This document shows, in pieces, positions 7,796-17,050 of a DNA stretch of 32,000 nt (its first letter is position 1; the number at the start of each line of letters is the position of its first letter). Below the pieces are notes generated by a model, which was not told the DNA's origin, did no database searches, and saw only the letters and a list, made by a program, of their open reading frames with translations. Both the position numbers and the translations under genes were made by a program. The stretch comes from an uncultured archaeon (GTDB lineage Archaea; Asgardarchaeota; Thorarchaeia; Thorarchaeales; Thorarchaeaceae), in the NCBI GenBank assembly GCA_964354495.1, contig CAYHAA010000005.1, positions 120,001-152,000 of the forward strand, in the 5' to 3' direction.

Positions 7796-9373
7796 ATGAC
7801 TATCAAGCTAGAGAATCTGTCAAAGTATGAAAACGAGCTCTGGCTCTGCGCACGTTGTGGTGACTGTTCACTTGCAGACAAGACTGTTGCTTCTAAGCGA
7901 GATGTCTATCTTCCCTGTGCAATCAAGAACGTTCTTGGATTTGAAGCGTATGCATCAAGGGGTCGCATAATGATAATGAACGACCTCCTCAATGAAAGGC
8001 TACCTCTTGACAACGATATCAGGGACTGGGCCTACACATGTACAACCTGTAAGAATTGCATGGAAACTTGCACAGCCACAGCAGATGGTATCAATCTTCC
8101 GGATATGATGGAAGCACTCCGTAAGGATCTTGTGGCCAATAACTTCGACATGCCCAAGCATCGAGAGATTGAAGCATCAATCAATGAGCTTGGTAACCCA
8201 TACAAAGAGCCCGCCGATAAGAGACTCGCCCTGTTTGGCAAACGCGAGTGGCCTGAAACTGCACCTGTGATCTACTACGTTGGTTGTACAAGCTCGTATC
8301 GAGAGAAGGAGATTGCCAAGACTATGGTTGAGCTGTTTGACAAGCTCGGAGTAGACTATACAGTGCTTCCCAACGAGCAATGTTGCGGCTCAGTCTTACT
8401 TCGACTGGGGAGAACAAAATCCTCTGCAAGATTAACCAAGTCGAATCTTGCGCAGATGAAAGCGGCGGGGGCAGAAACAGTAGTCACCGCATGTGCAGGT
8501 TGCTTCAGAACTTGGAAGGTAGATGTTCCCAAACAGGGATTCGAGTATGACTATGAGATCTTGCACATCACAGAATACCTTGACCGCCTCATTCAGGAGG
8601 GCAAGGCAGCGTTTGAATCACCCAAGTCAATAACCGTCACATATCATGACCCATGCCATCTTGGCAGACATGCAGAGGTCTATGAGGCGCCACGTAGAGT
8701 CATCGAGGCTGTTGAAAATGTGACTCTCGTCGAAATGGAAACGAACAAGAGATATGCTCATTGCTGTGGAAGTGGCGGGGGCGTGAAGGGAAGCTACGGA
8801 GATCTGGCTAACGAAGTCGCAGGCAATCGAATCAAGGAAGCACAAGAAACGGGAGCATCCTTGTTGGTCACAGCTTGTCCGTTCTGTCATAGAGGACTCG
8901 AGGATGGAGCTAAGTCCATTGAGAGTGACCTTCCAGTCGTCGATCTCACGGAGTTCATCCTGCCATTCGTCATGCAAGTCAAGAAGAAGAAGGCAGTCAA
9001 TGAAAGTCCCCTAAAGAAGAAGTTCATGGAGTATCTTGGAAACCATCCGCTCATCTTCGATGGCTTGAAGAAGGGAGCAGTGATTGACTATGACCTTGAG
9101 GGGGACAGATTCCATGTGCTCGTAACCGGAAGGAACGAGATTCAGGTGAATCCTGTACGCGCAGAGAACGCCGACGTCGAGCTGCTTTTTGCTTCCAAAG
9201 CTGTGGAGGAGTTGATCACGTACAACAGTGAGGACGAATATGCAGCAAGGTTTGGTTTCTTATTCAAGGTGCCCACTGATGAAAAATGGATAAAATTCGT
9301 GCTGAGACTCAACATTGTGAAGCTGCTCATGAAAGGGTATCGCAAATTCGCACAGAAAGCAGGACTGCTATGA
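7796..9373 (+). CDS. Fe-S oxidoreductase (GlcF/GlpC/HdrD-like; two 4Fe-4S motifs plus two CCG domains) with a C-terminal SCP2-like extension
   Basis: CARCGDC...PC and CTTCKNCMETC; YVGC...QCCG...TACAGC; YHDPC...HCCG...TACPFC. About 125 extra C-terminal residues. Start (MTIKL) lies 1 nt after the upstream stop. Confidence 0.88.
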   Translation: MTIKLENLSKYENELWLCARCGDCSLADKTVASKRDVYLPCAIKNVLGFEAYASRGRIMIMNDLLNERLPLDNDIRDWAYTCTTCKNCMETCTATADGINLPDMMEALRKDLVANNFDMPKHREIEASINELGNPYKEPADKRLALFGKREWPETAPVIYYVGCTSSYREKEIAKTMVELFDKLGVDYTVLPNEQCCGSVLLRLGRTKSSARLTKSNLAQMKAAGAETVVTACAGCFRTWKVDVPKQGFEYDYEILHITEYLDRLIQEGKAAFESPKSITVTYHDPCHLGRHAEVYEAPRRVIEAVENVTLVEMETNKRYAHCCGSGGGVKGSYGDLANEVAGNRIKEAQETGASLLVTACPFCHRGLEDGAKSIESDLPVVDLTEFILPFVMQVKKKKAVNESPLKKKFMEYLGNHPLIFDGLKKGAVIDYDLEGDRFHVLVTGRNEIQVNPVRAENADVELLFASKAVEELITYNSEDEYAARFGFLFKVPTDEKWIKFVLRLNIVKLLMKGYRKFAQKAGLL

Positions 9374-9487
9374 TACGAACTCTAGATGCAAGTAACCAAA
9401 GTGAAGAGTTATCTCGGAAGATGATGAAGTCCCTGATGCAAATCCGATTTCAGTTAGCCTATTGAGTCAGGAGATGAAGCGGAATCG

Positions 9488-10300
9488 ATGGTCGACTACA
9501 TTCTGATAACCAAGTTCTACAACGAACAGAAACGACTCCCGTCCCTGATTCAGAACATCTCTTCGCAGACACTGAAACCAAAAGTATTCGTTTTCATGAA
9601 CGATGGGTCCAATGACAGCAGCGCGGAAGTCGCTGCAAAGGAGGCTACGAAATATGGTCTCAAGTTTGAGATAGTATCAATGCCTCCGAAGGCTAAGGGA
9701 AATCTCGATACCCTTGGTAGGGCTTGGAATAAGGCTCAGCCGCTGTTACGTGTTCTCCTCAGCGACGTGCTCTACGCAGCAACTGCGGATGTAGACACTA
9801 TTTTTCCAGTCACCTACTTCGAGGGAATGATTGCATACTTAGAGAATCATCCTCATGTTGGTGTTGTGGCCGGCCAAGTTAGGAACCAACCAAAACGTAC
9901 GTTCCCCATGTTCACTGGGAAAGTATTTCGTGCCAATATCATTAGAAACATCAAACAGTATTGGGAAGTCTCGGCGGACTCGTTCATCAATGTCAAAGCG
10001 CTGAACAAGGGCTATAGGCTAGTCATTTTGGACAATGTCACAGTTGAGTCACCGCCAACCCATCTTCATACCTGGAAAGGAAGATTCAGGCAGGGGAGAC
10101 TCGCCTACTACTCAGGAACATCTCTTTCCTACGTTATTCTAAAGGGTATTGCGAGGCATGATCCACAGTACCTGAGAGGATATTGGTCTGAACGCTCTCG
10201 AAAGATCTGGCGTTGCCGAGATGAAGAGGTCCTAGCCTATTATGGAAATGAGTTCAGACGAAGGCTGGTAGATCTGGTCAAGAGAGTCCTCCATCTTTGA
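9488..10300 (+). CDS. Glycosyltransferase family 2 (GT-A)
   Basis: ITKFYNEQKRL, FMNDGSNDSS, GRAWNKA and ADVD (DxD) motifs. Confidence 0.85.
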   Translation: MVDYILITKFYNEQKRLPSLIQNISSQTLKPKVFVFMNDGSNDSSAEVAAKEATKYGLKFEIVSMPPKAKGNLDTLGRAWNKAQPLLRVLLSDVLYAATADVDTIFPVTYFEGMIAYLENHPHVGVVAGQVRNQPKRTFPMFTGKVFRANIIRNIKQYWEVSADSFINVKALNKGYRLVILDNVTVESPPTHLHTWKGRFRQGRLAYYSGTSLSYVILKGIARHDPQYLRGYWSERSRKIWRCRDEEVLAYYGNEFRRRLVDLVKRVLHL

Positions 10301-10428
10301 GTCGCGCATATGCCATTGACACGCCCTTTACGGAATTTCAGACTGCTGTTTATGAAAAACCCTTAAAGCAGCCAAGGGGCTCGGAGAATTCGTTAGTCGC
10401 ATCAACCAATAATGGTGACCTGTATTCA

Positions 10429-11532
10429 ATGAGGATTTGCATGATTGATGAGATTGCGAATTGCGCATATCATCTGACAACGGGACTCACTCGAAAGGGC
10501 TTCAAGGTCTATGTCATACTTGATACTCAGCGGAAACTGAGTCGACTTCTATTCACCTATGATGTACCGAAAGGCGCAGAGCTGTTCTGGGTCCGACCAT
10601 TGCCAATTCGACCAAGAGCGTTCGGGCTCTTCTTGCCCATGCTCTTGAGAATTCTATGGCTGCGTCCTCAGATAATCCATGTCCAGTACCTTTGGTCTCA
10701 GTTTTTCATAGGATTCATTGCCGCGAAACTGCTTAGGATTCCAATCGTAGCGACTGGACACGGTTGGGAAGTTATCGATGTGCCAAAAGACCCCATCCGT
10801 GGGAGAATACAGAAAATATTTCTCAGACGCGCGGACATGCTAATCCTTACAGCGGAATATTACCACAAATTCATGGAGAACTTGGTACCTGCTGAGCGGC
10901 GGATTTACATACCTAGGATGATTGACACTGACACCTTTCGACCCGGCATCCCTGCGGAGGATTTGATTGCAAAGTATGGAAACCGTATCGTAACGTTCAC
11001 TGCACGGCTATTCAAAATCAAGACACCGCATAAGACATTGAAGGCGTTTCGTATTGCTTTGGATGAGTTCCCAGATGCGCATCTCCTCATACTCGGCATC
11101 GGCCCTGAAGAGCAGAATATGAGAAAAATGGTAGAAGATCTTCGGATGACAGATAATGTTCATTTCCTCGGCGAAGTCCCGAATACAGAGATACCCAGAT
11201 ACCTGAATGCGTCAAAGGTCGAGGTTAGAGGTTTCAATCCCAAGACTCCAGAACTTGGCATATCTCACCTCGAAGCACTTGCCTGCGGGACTCCAGTCTT
11301 GACCTACAATGACTACAGAAATGTAAAAGGCATGATAATATGCTTGGAAGTACCTGAGATTGCCGAAGCTCTCAAGAGAATACTCCGCAATGAACAATAT
11401 CGGAAGGAACTCAGCAGGGCTGGACGAGAGTACGTAATGTCCATGTTCAGTATTGATGCCGCTACTGATATGACAATCCAAGTATATGAGAGGCTATTGA
11501 AGCAACGGGGTTTGAAGAAGAAGGAGAAATGA
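10429..11532 (+). CDS. Glycosyltransferase family 4 (GT-B)
   Basis: RPQIIHVQ, VATGHG, IDTDTFRP, FTARLFKIK, LILGIGPE and ELGISHLEALACGTPV (EX7E). Start set at MRICMID. Confidence 0.88.
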   Translation: MRICMIDEIANCAYHLTTGLTRKGFKVYVILDTQRKLSRLLFTYDVPKGAELFWVRPLPIRPRAFGLFLPMLLRILWLRPQIIHVQYLWSQFFIGFIAAKLLRIPIVATGHGWEVIDVPKDPIRGRIQKIFLRRADMLILTAEYYHKFMENLVPAERRIYIPRMIDTDTFRPGIPAEDLIAKYGNRIVTFTARLFKIKTPHKTLKAFRIALDEFPDAHLLILGIGPEEQNMRKMVEDLRMTDNVHFLGEVPNTEIPRYLNASKVEVRGFNPKTPELGISHLEALACGTPVLTYNDYRNVKGMIICLEVPEIAEALKRILRNEQYRKELSRAGREYVMSMFSIDAATDMTIQVYERLLKQRGLKKKEK

Positions 11533-11551
11533 CATATTGCCTGATCGTCAA

Positions 11552-12829
11552 ATGAAACTCTGTTTTGTTTTTGGCACGAGACCAGAGATAATAAAACTAT
11601 ATTCAGTCATGAAGGCAGCAGAGGCACACAAACTCATTAGTCCAATTCTCGTACACACAGGTCAACACTATGATTATGAGATGTCACAGATATTCCTAGA
11701 GGAATTGAAACTACCAGAAATCCATCATTTTCTTGATGTGAAATCAGGTCCCCATGGTGCACAAACAGCTTTGCTTCTCACTGAGATTGAAAAGTGTTTA
11801 CTCATGAGTAATCCAGATGCAGTTATTGTGCTTGGCGACACAAACACAACAATGGCAGGGGCGCTTGCTGCGGCAAAGCTTCAGATTCCTATTGCTCACA
11901 TTGAAGCTGGCTGCAGATCTTTTGATCTCAATATGCCCGAGGAGATAAACAGGCTTGTCGTAGATGCGGTTTCCAGCATTTTCTTTGCCCCTTCAGAAGT
12001 GGCAGCCCTAAACCTCCTCTTTGAAGGCAAACCTGAAGACAGAGTCTTTCTTGCTGGAAATACTCTCACTGACATTGTGGAGGAAACGCGAGAAGTCAGA
12101 GCAACCATGAAGCTCGACCATGATGAGATAGGAGAATTCAGCGTCGTCTTGACGCTTCACAGACAAGAGAATGTTGACAATAGAAAGAGGTTGGAAGACA
12201 TCCTGTTTGCGATAGGTAAAATTCGAGGAAAGATTGTATTTCCAATTCATCCAAGGACAAATAGCAGAATCAAGGAGTTTCATCTGGAAGAACTTGTGAA
12301 GAAAATCCCTAATCTTAGGCTCATCAAACCGGTGAACTATTTGAACTTCATGAAGATACTTGAGGAAGCCAAGGTTGTGATTACTGATAGTGGGGGAGTT
12401 CAGGAAGAAGCTATGTTGGTCGGTACTCCTTGCATCACTGCACGTGATACAACTGAGTGGCCTGAAACAGTATGGGCGGGGGCGAATTATCTTGCCGGAA
12501 CAGATGCAGAAAACATAACCACACGATGCAACATGATACTTGGGAGAGATAGTCCTTCGCTCCCTCCTTCAGGACATGAAGAATCACTTAATGCGAATGC
12601 TGGAAAAACGATCATTGAAATCCTTGTAAGGCTCTGGAAAGGAAATTCAATACATATGCAAAAGCCAGATATGACGCGAGGTCAGTATCCACTCCCCTGG
12701 CTCCTTGACACGAGTACTAAGAGCGGTAGATTGAGATGGGCGACACTGACTTTCGATGAGAATGGAAAAGCCATAGTCGATAAAAGGAAAAGAGGCAAAA
12801 ACAGGGTTGTGAGAAGGATGGATACCTAG
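11552..12829 (+). CDS. wecB: UDP-N-acetylglucosamine 2-epimerase (non-hydrolysing)
   Basis: FGTRPEIIK, HTGQHYD, VLGDTNT, HIEAGCRS, PEEINR, TLHRQEN, TDSGGVQEEA and RDTTEWPE motifs; C-terminal extension of about 60 aa. Confidence 0.95.
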   Translation: MKLCFVFGTRPEIIKLYSVMKAAEAHKLISPILVHTGQHYDYEMSQIFLEELKLPEIHHFLDVKSGPHGAQTALLLTEIEKCLLMSNPDAVIVLGDTNTTMAGALAAAKLQIPIAHIEAGCRSFDLNMPEEINRLVVDAVSSIFFAPSEVAALNLLFEGKPEDRVFLAGNTLTDIVEETREVRATMKLDHDEIGEFSVVLTLHRQENVDNRKRLEDILFAIGKIRGKIVFPIHPRTNSRIKEFHLEELVKKIPNLRLIKPVNYLNFMKILEEAKVVITDSGGVQEEAMLVGTPCITARDTTEWPETVWAGANYLAGTDAENITTRCNMILGRDSPSLPPSGHEESLNANAGKTIIEILVRLWKGNSIHMQKPDMTRGQYPLPWLLDTSTKSGRLRWATLTFDENGKAIVDKRKRGKNRVVRRMDT

Positions 12830-12844
12830 AGATGTATCCCCTGT

Positions 12845-14017
12845 CTAATCACATAGTTCCTCAATAAGCTTGGTATATGCTTCTACAGTTTCAGTGAGGT
12901 TGTAATGCTTCTCAATACGATTCCTCGCTCTGATTCCGAGGCTTCTTGCATCATCTGGTTTTGATAGAATATCAGAAATAGCCATCGAAATCTCCTTCGG
13001 ATTTGATGGTTCTATCAGAATTCCTTCCTGCAGATTTCGTATTACATCAGGTATATTGCCTACTCGTGTAGCAATGCATGGTAACTCCATTGCCATAGCC
13101 TCGAGCAGGGCGCCAGGAGTACCTTCTGTCAGTGAAGGGAGCACAAAGATATCGCTGGCACAGAGCAGACTGGGTATGTCCATTCTCTCACCAAGAATAT
13201 GCAGATTATCCTCAATTCGTAGGGACTCTGAAAGGCTCCTCAAGAATTCCTGGTTCCCCTTTCCGACCAGATAGAAGTGAGCATTCGGGTGCGCCTCAAG
13301 AACATAGGGAATAGCTTGGAGCAGGAATTCATGTCCTTTGACTCCCTTTCGGAGAGTCCCGACTGTGATAATTACTGACTTTCCTTCCATTCCAAAATCC
13401 CTTCTCAATCTGCCTCGGTCAAAATTAGACGGTGTGAACAAATCGAGATCAACGCCGTTCGGAATTATGACTTGGCGCACTCTGTTAAAATGGAAGCGTG
13501 ACGCATATGCATTATCCATGAATACGACTCGATCAGCAACTCTGTAAGCCTCGTGCTCTATCCTCTCTACAAATGACCGGAGAAATGGTTGAGACCTAGC
13601 TATTGTATCAGCCCAAGCTCCACTCACAAACTGAATCACTCTGGGTCTGTTCTTTCGTTTGCATAGTTCCACTGTTAATAGAGGATCAGGCGTAATCACA
13701 GCGTCAAATCTCTGCAAGTAGGTATCTGTGAGAGAACTGACTCTCTTGTCATAATAGATTTGATCCACGAAGGATAGATACACGAACTCAAACAGCTTTC
13801 CAAACGGAGGACTCCTCAGACTTGGCAGCGTAACTGTGGGAAGTGGATCGCGGAATGCCGAGCATTTCGGCTTTCTAGGTGTCCTGACAAGGGCGACTAT
13901 ATCCCATTGTTTCTTGTCTAATATGGTGTTGAAAACGCTTGTATACAGAACATCTACTCCACCACGCTCATACGGATACATTGTGCCAAGGATAAGGCAC
14001 AGCCTTCTATGCGACAA
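12845..14017 (-). CDS. Glycosyltransferase family 4 (GT-B)
   Basis: GGVD, IIPNGVDLDLF, VGTLRKGVKG, DIFVLPSLTEGTPGALLEAMAMELPCIATRVG. TTG start. Confidence 0.92.
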   Translation of the reverse strand: MSHRRLCLILGTMYPYERGGVDVLYTSVFNTILDKKQWDIVALVRTPRKPKCSAFRDPLPTVTLPSLRSPPFGKLFEFVYLSFVDQIYYDKRVSSLTDTYLQRFDAVITPDPLLTVELCKRKNRPRVIQFVSGAWADTIARSQPFLRSFVERIEHEAYRVADRVVFMDNAYASRFHFNRVRQVIIPNGVDLDLFTPSNFDRGRLRRDFGMEGKSVIITVGTLRKGVKGHEFLLQAIPYVLEAHPNAHFYLVGKGNQEFLRSLSESLRIEDNLHILGERMDIPSLLCASDIFVLPSLTEGTPGALLEAMAMELPCIATRVGNIPDVIRNLQEGILIEPSNPKEISMAISDILSKPDDARSLGIRARNRIEKHYNLTETVEAYTKLIEELCD

Positions 14018-14933
14018 AAGCCTGCTTCAGCCCCCTTTTTCCGCCAGATCTTCTGGTTCTAGGGCGATAGCCAATTGCAAGCCCTACGATATAGCCTATG
14101 AGTATCTGGATATACTCCATCTGAATAATCCGTGTGTTTCTTCTTCGCGTCTTCCATAGGAGATTAACGGGAACAAGGAGAACAGTGATTACAGTCGATG
14201 TCACCGCTCTCCAAATGGCATGATAGTTCACGAAACCATGTTTCCGCCATACGATCGCACTCCACTTTGAATAATGATATGTCCGCCGAAGGTTTGTACT
14301 CTCATAAACAGTATAGAAGGTGGTCACCTTCCCAATGAAATTGTAATCCGCGACTTGCGCGATACGTAGATGAAAATCATAGTCTTCAATCCAAGGAAGG
14401 TTGTCATCGATTCCTCCGATTTCTCTAACTAGCCTTGCATCAAACATTGTTGATGACATCGCGATCGGATTTCCCTTCTTCAGAGTGTCATAGTTAATCG
14501 TTGACTCGATTCCTGAAGGAACACGCTTCTGCCGCTTTCCGTTAGGATAAACCTTGCACACCAGACCACAGACAGCCCCTGTCATTGATACACCTTGAAA
14601 AAGAGTTTCTAGAGCATTCTCCAAATACCAGTCATCACCATCGATGAAGGCTACATAATCTGATTCTAAGACCTGCAAACCGACCTGTCTCGCTGCACCA
14701 ACACCTCGCCCAAATCCGTAGACTAGCATGAAGAGATCAGGATACTTCATAATGTAACTTTGAACAACACTAAAGGTATCATCGATGCTTGTATCGTAGA
14801 CAACAATGATTCTTTCGGGCAATAATGTCTGCTGCAATATGGAATCAAATGCTCTTCCCAAAGTTGGGGCACAATTCATTACAGGAACAACTACTGAAAT
14901 GGATGTCTTTCTGTGAATCAATGAGTTCCACAA
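14007..14933 (-). CDS. Glycosyltransferase family 2 with hydrophobic C-terminal segments
   Basis: ISVVVPVMN, GAARQVG, YVAFIDGDDW and EDYDFHLR motifs; overlaps the downstream GT4 start. Confidence 0.9.
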   Translation of the reverse strand: MWNSLIHRKTSISVVVPVMNCAPTLGRAFDSILQQTLLPERIIVVYDTSIDDTFSVVQSYIMKYPDLFMLVYGFGRGVGAARQVGLQVLESDYVAFIDGDDWYLENALETLFQGVSMTGAVCGLVCKVYPNGKRQKRVPSGIESTINYDTLKKGNPIAMSSTMFDARLVREIGGIDDNLPWIEDYDFHLRIAQVADYNFIGKVTTFYTVYESTNLRRTYHYSKWSAIVWRKHGFVNYHAIWRAVTSTVITVLLVPVNLLWKTRRRNTRIIQMEYIQILIGYIVGLAIGYRPRTRRSGGKRGLKQAFVA

Positions 14934-15114
14934 CTCGTCATCTTTCTTATTCTCTTTCTAGAGGGGTTTTCCTTTGTGCGCGAAGCATCTTTCACTAGAT
15001 AAACACTGCCTATGCCAGGCCCCTGCCTCACTCTACCTTCTTTTCCATATCCGTCATATCCTGCGAAAAGCGCGCTGTTCTCGATGACGCATCAAAACCG
15101 ATCGTGAGCCTCTT

Positions 15115-16671
15115 TCATCTATCAGCTTCTCTTTTGCAGAAGATTCGAACAAGTGTTCTTGTGAGCGGAATAGCTACACGACTTGGAAGAAACAGAGCAG
15201 CCTTCTTGATCTCATTTGCAGTCACTAACTTGAGAAATCGTATCGACGCAACATAGATTGTGGTGAACATCAGCAGTATGCAGACTAGCTCGATAAATGG
15301 ATTCAATCTCGCGAAATGAATTAGGGCTGCAGGTGCAATTGTAGAGAACGAAATGACTGAAACGGGCAAAATCTGACGAATACTGAGGCTGATTCTTGCT
15401 TCTCTCTTGACCCATAGGGCACAAACCAGAGCTGAGAAGAAGGAGTTTGATACGTAGCCTATGACAACAAGAATCAACGCATAGTTAACAAAGAAAATCA
15501 TGAGCAAACCACTGGCAATAGCAGCTAAAATTGAGCTCACAAGCACTTGTTTTGTCTTGGCCATCGCTCCGAGAACAGAGCTATAGGGTCGTAGAAACAG
15601 ATAGAAGAAGAGTTGCATCATGAGGACTGCAAAGTACTGATATGCCCAATAGTAGTTCGGGAAGACGATTAGAAACACTGCAGGTGCAATAACCACGGAC
15701 CCTATGATGATGGGAAGAAAGAGGAAGAAAGAAAACCGTATTGTCCACCTTACTTCTGATTCTAACGCCTGAGAGCCACTCCGACCCACCACTCGTGTGT
15801 AATGGGGCAAGATTGCATTATGAAAGCCCAGAGTAATGGCATTGATGAAAGTCGTCAGTCTCACTGCAAACCCATACATACCGAGTTCCTCCTGGCCAAC
15901 ATAGTTTTGAAAAATACTGCGAATCAGCAATTCACTGAACAGATATACAAAAATGAATGAGATTATTGCAGGGTATGCAAAATCGACTAGAGGCCTCATT
16001 GAATAGAGTGAGCCGCGCAGGCTCCAGATTTCTCGCATGGTATGAGTCAGGAAGGACGCAGTGACAAGTCCCAATACTACCCATTTAAGGAGCAGAGCTT
16101 GGATACCCCAGCCCAGAGGTATAAGAATAATCAGTAATCCTTGGCTGAGAATATTACCCACGAATTGACTAAGACCCACCTTTTCGTATTCCAGGAGCCC
16201 GGATGATATTCCCACTGTGAATGCTGATAGATTCAAAGCCATGACGCCAATGGAGAAGATTAGTGTGTCAAGAATGGTGTAAGCCGAGCCGACTCCTACG
16301 GCTGTGAATACAAACGGTGTGATTATGAACGCAGTAACGCCGCTAACAGGAACAAGAATCAATGAAAGAACAGTTGAGGTCTTGGTGAGATTCTCTAATG
16401 AAGACGCATCATCTGCTCCCTTTGCCGCTGCAATATATCGCCCAATTGCCGATGGCAATTGGAATGGCACGATCGTAATGAAGAAGGAACTCATCACATT
16501 GAACCATTCGAACACGGCATATTCTTCAGGTAGGATATACTCCCCAATGAGAAATGTGATGAAGAGTCCAAGAATCAGAGACGTGGCCGGGCTTAACGTC
16601 AGAAAGATGCTACCCCGTATCACTCGTTGCTTGTCGCCGATAGGAGTAGATTCAGTCTTGAAGTCAGCCAT
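15115..16671 (-). CDS. Oligosaccharide flippase (Wzx/RfbX, MOP superfamily)
   Basis: About 518 aa with roughly 12-14 hydrophobic segments; ILPEEYAVF, QLPSAIGRYIA, ELGMYGFAVRL and VLGAMAKTK are typical of the family; lies within the GT cluster. Confidence 0.85.
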   Translation of the reverse strand: MADFKTESTPIGDKQRVIRGSIFLTLSPATSLILGLFITFLIGEYILPEEYAVFEWFNVMSSFFITIVPFQLPSAIGRYIAAAKGADDASSLENLTKTSTVLSLILVPVSGVTAFIITPFVFTAVGVGSAYTILDTLIFSIGVMALNLSAFTVGISSGLLEYEKVGLSQFVGNILSQGLLIILIPLGWGIQALLLKWVVLGLVTASFLTHTMREIWSLRGSLYSMRPLVDFAYPAIISFIFVYLFSELLIRSIFQNYVGQEELGMYGFAVRLTTFINAITLGFHNAILPHYTRVVGRSGSQALESEVRWTIRFSFFLFLPIIIGSVVIAPAVFLIVFPNYYWAYQYFAVLMMQLFFYLFLRPYSSVLGAMAKTKQVLVSSILAAIASGLLMIFFVNYALILVVIGYVSNSFFSALVCALWVKREARISLSIRQILPVSVISFSTIAPAALIHFARLNPFIELVCILLMFTTIYVASIRFLKLVTANEIKKAALFLPSRVAIPLTRTLVRIFCKREADR

Positions 16672-17050
16672 CAAATTCCACCAAAGCACAGATGTATTAT
16701 TATTAGAATTCAGGAGCGGTTACTGCAGACACCCGAACATAACTTCCTTTCAATCTTTTTGATTGTGTGATGAATGAGCTATCCGACCCAGCATTTCCCT
16801 GCTGAGTGTGACTCCGGGGAATCACAATCTGCTGAGCTTGCACAAAAGAGGCTCCTTCAAGATGATGTGCACGACCTAATAAAATCCCATCTTGCTTACA
16901 ATCGATCTAGCTCGTAAAACGGGCGAGTCAGTGGGGCTCGATTTGCTGTTCTGACTGTACGCTCCTGACAGATTCAAGATAGAGACTCGAAAAGACACAT
17001 CGCAAGAGATAATTCGTTGAACAGCTCACTGTCAATGGGAAGAGGAATAA

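Noticed and set aside
16761-16835. SECIS element / selenoprotein readthrough
   Set aside because: The ATGA-containing structure is not in a 3' UTR, and I found no in-frame TGA at a conserved Cys position in the genes examined.
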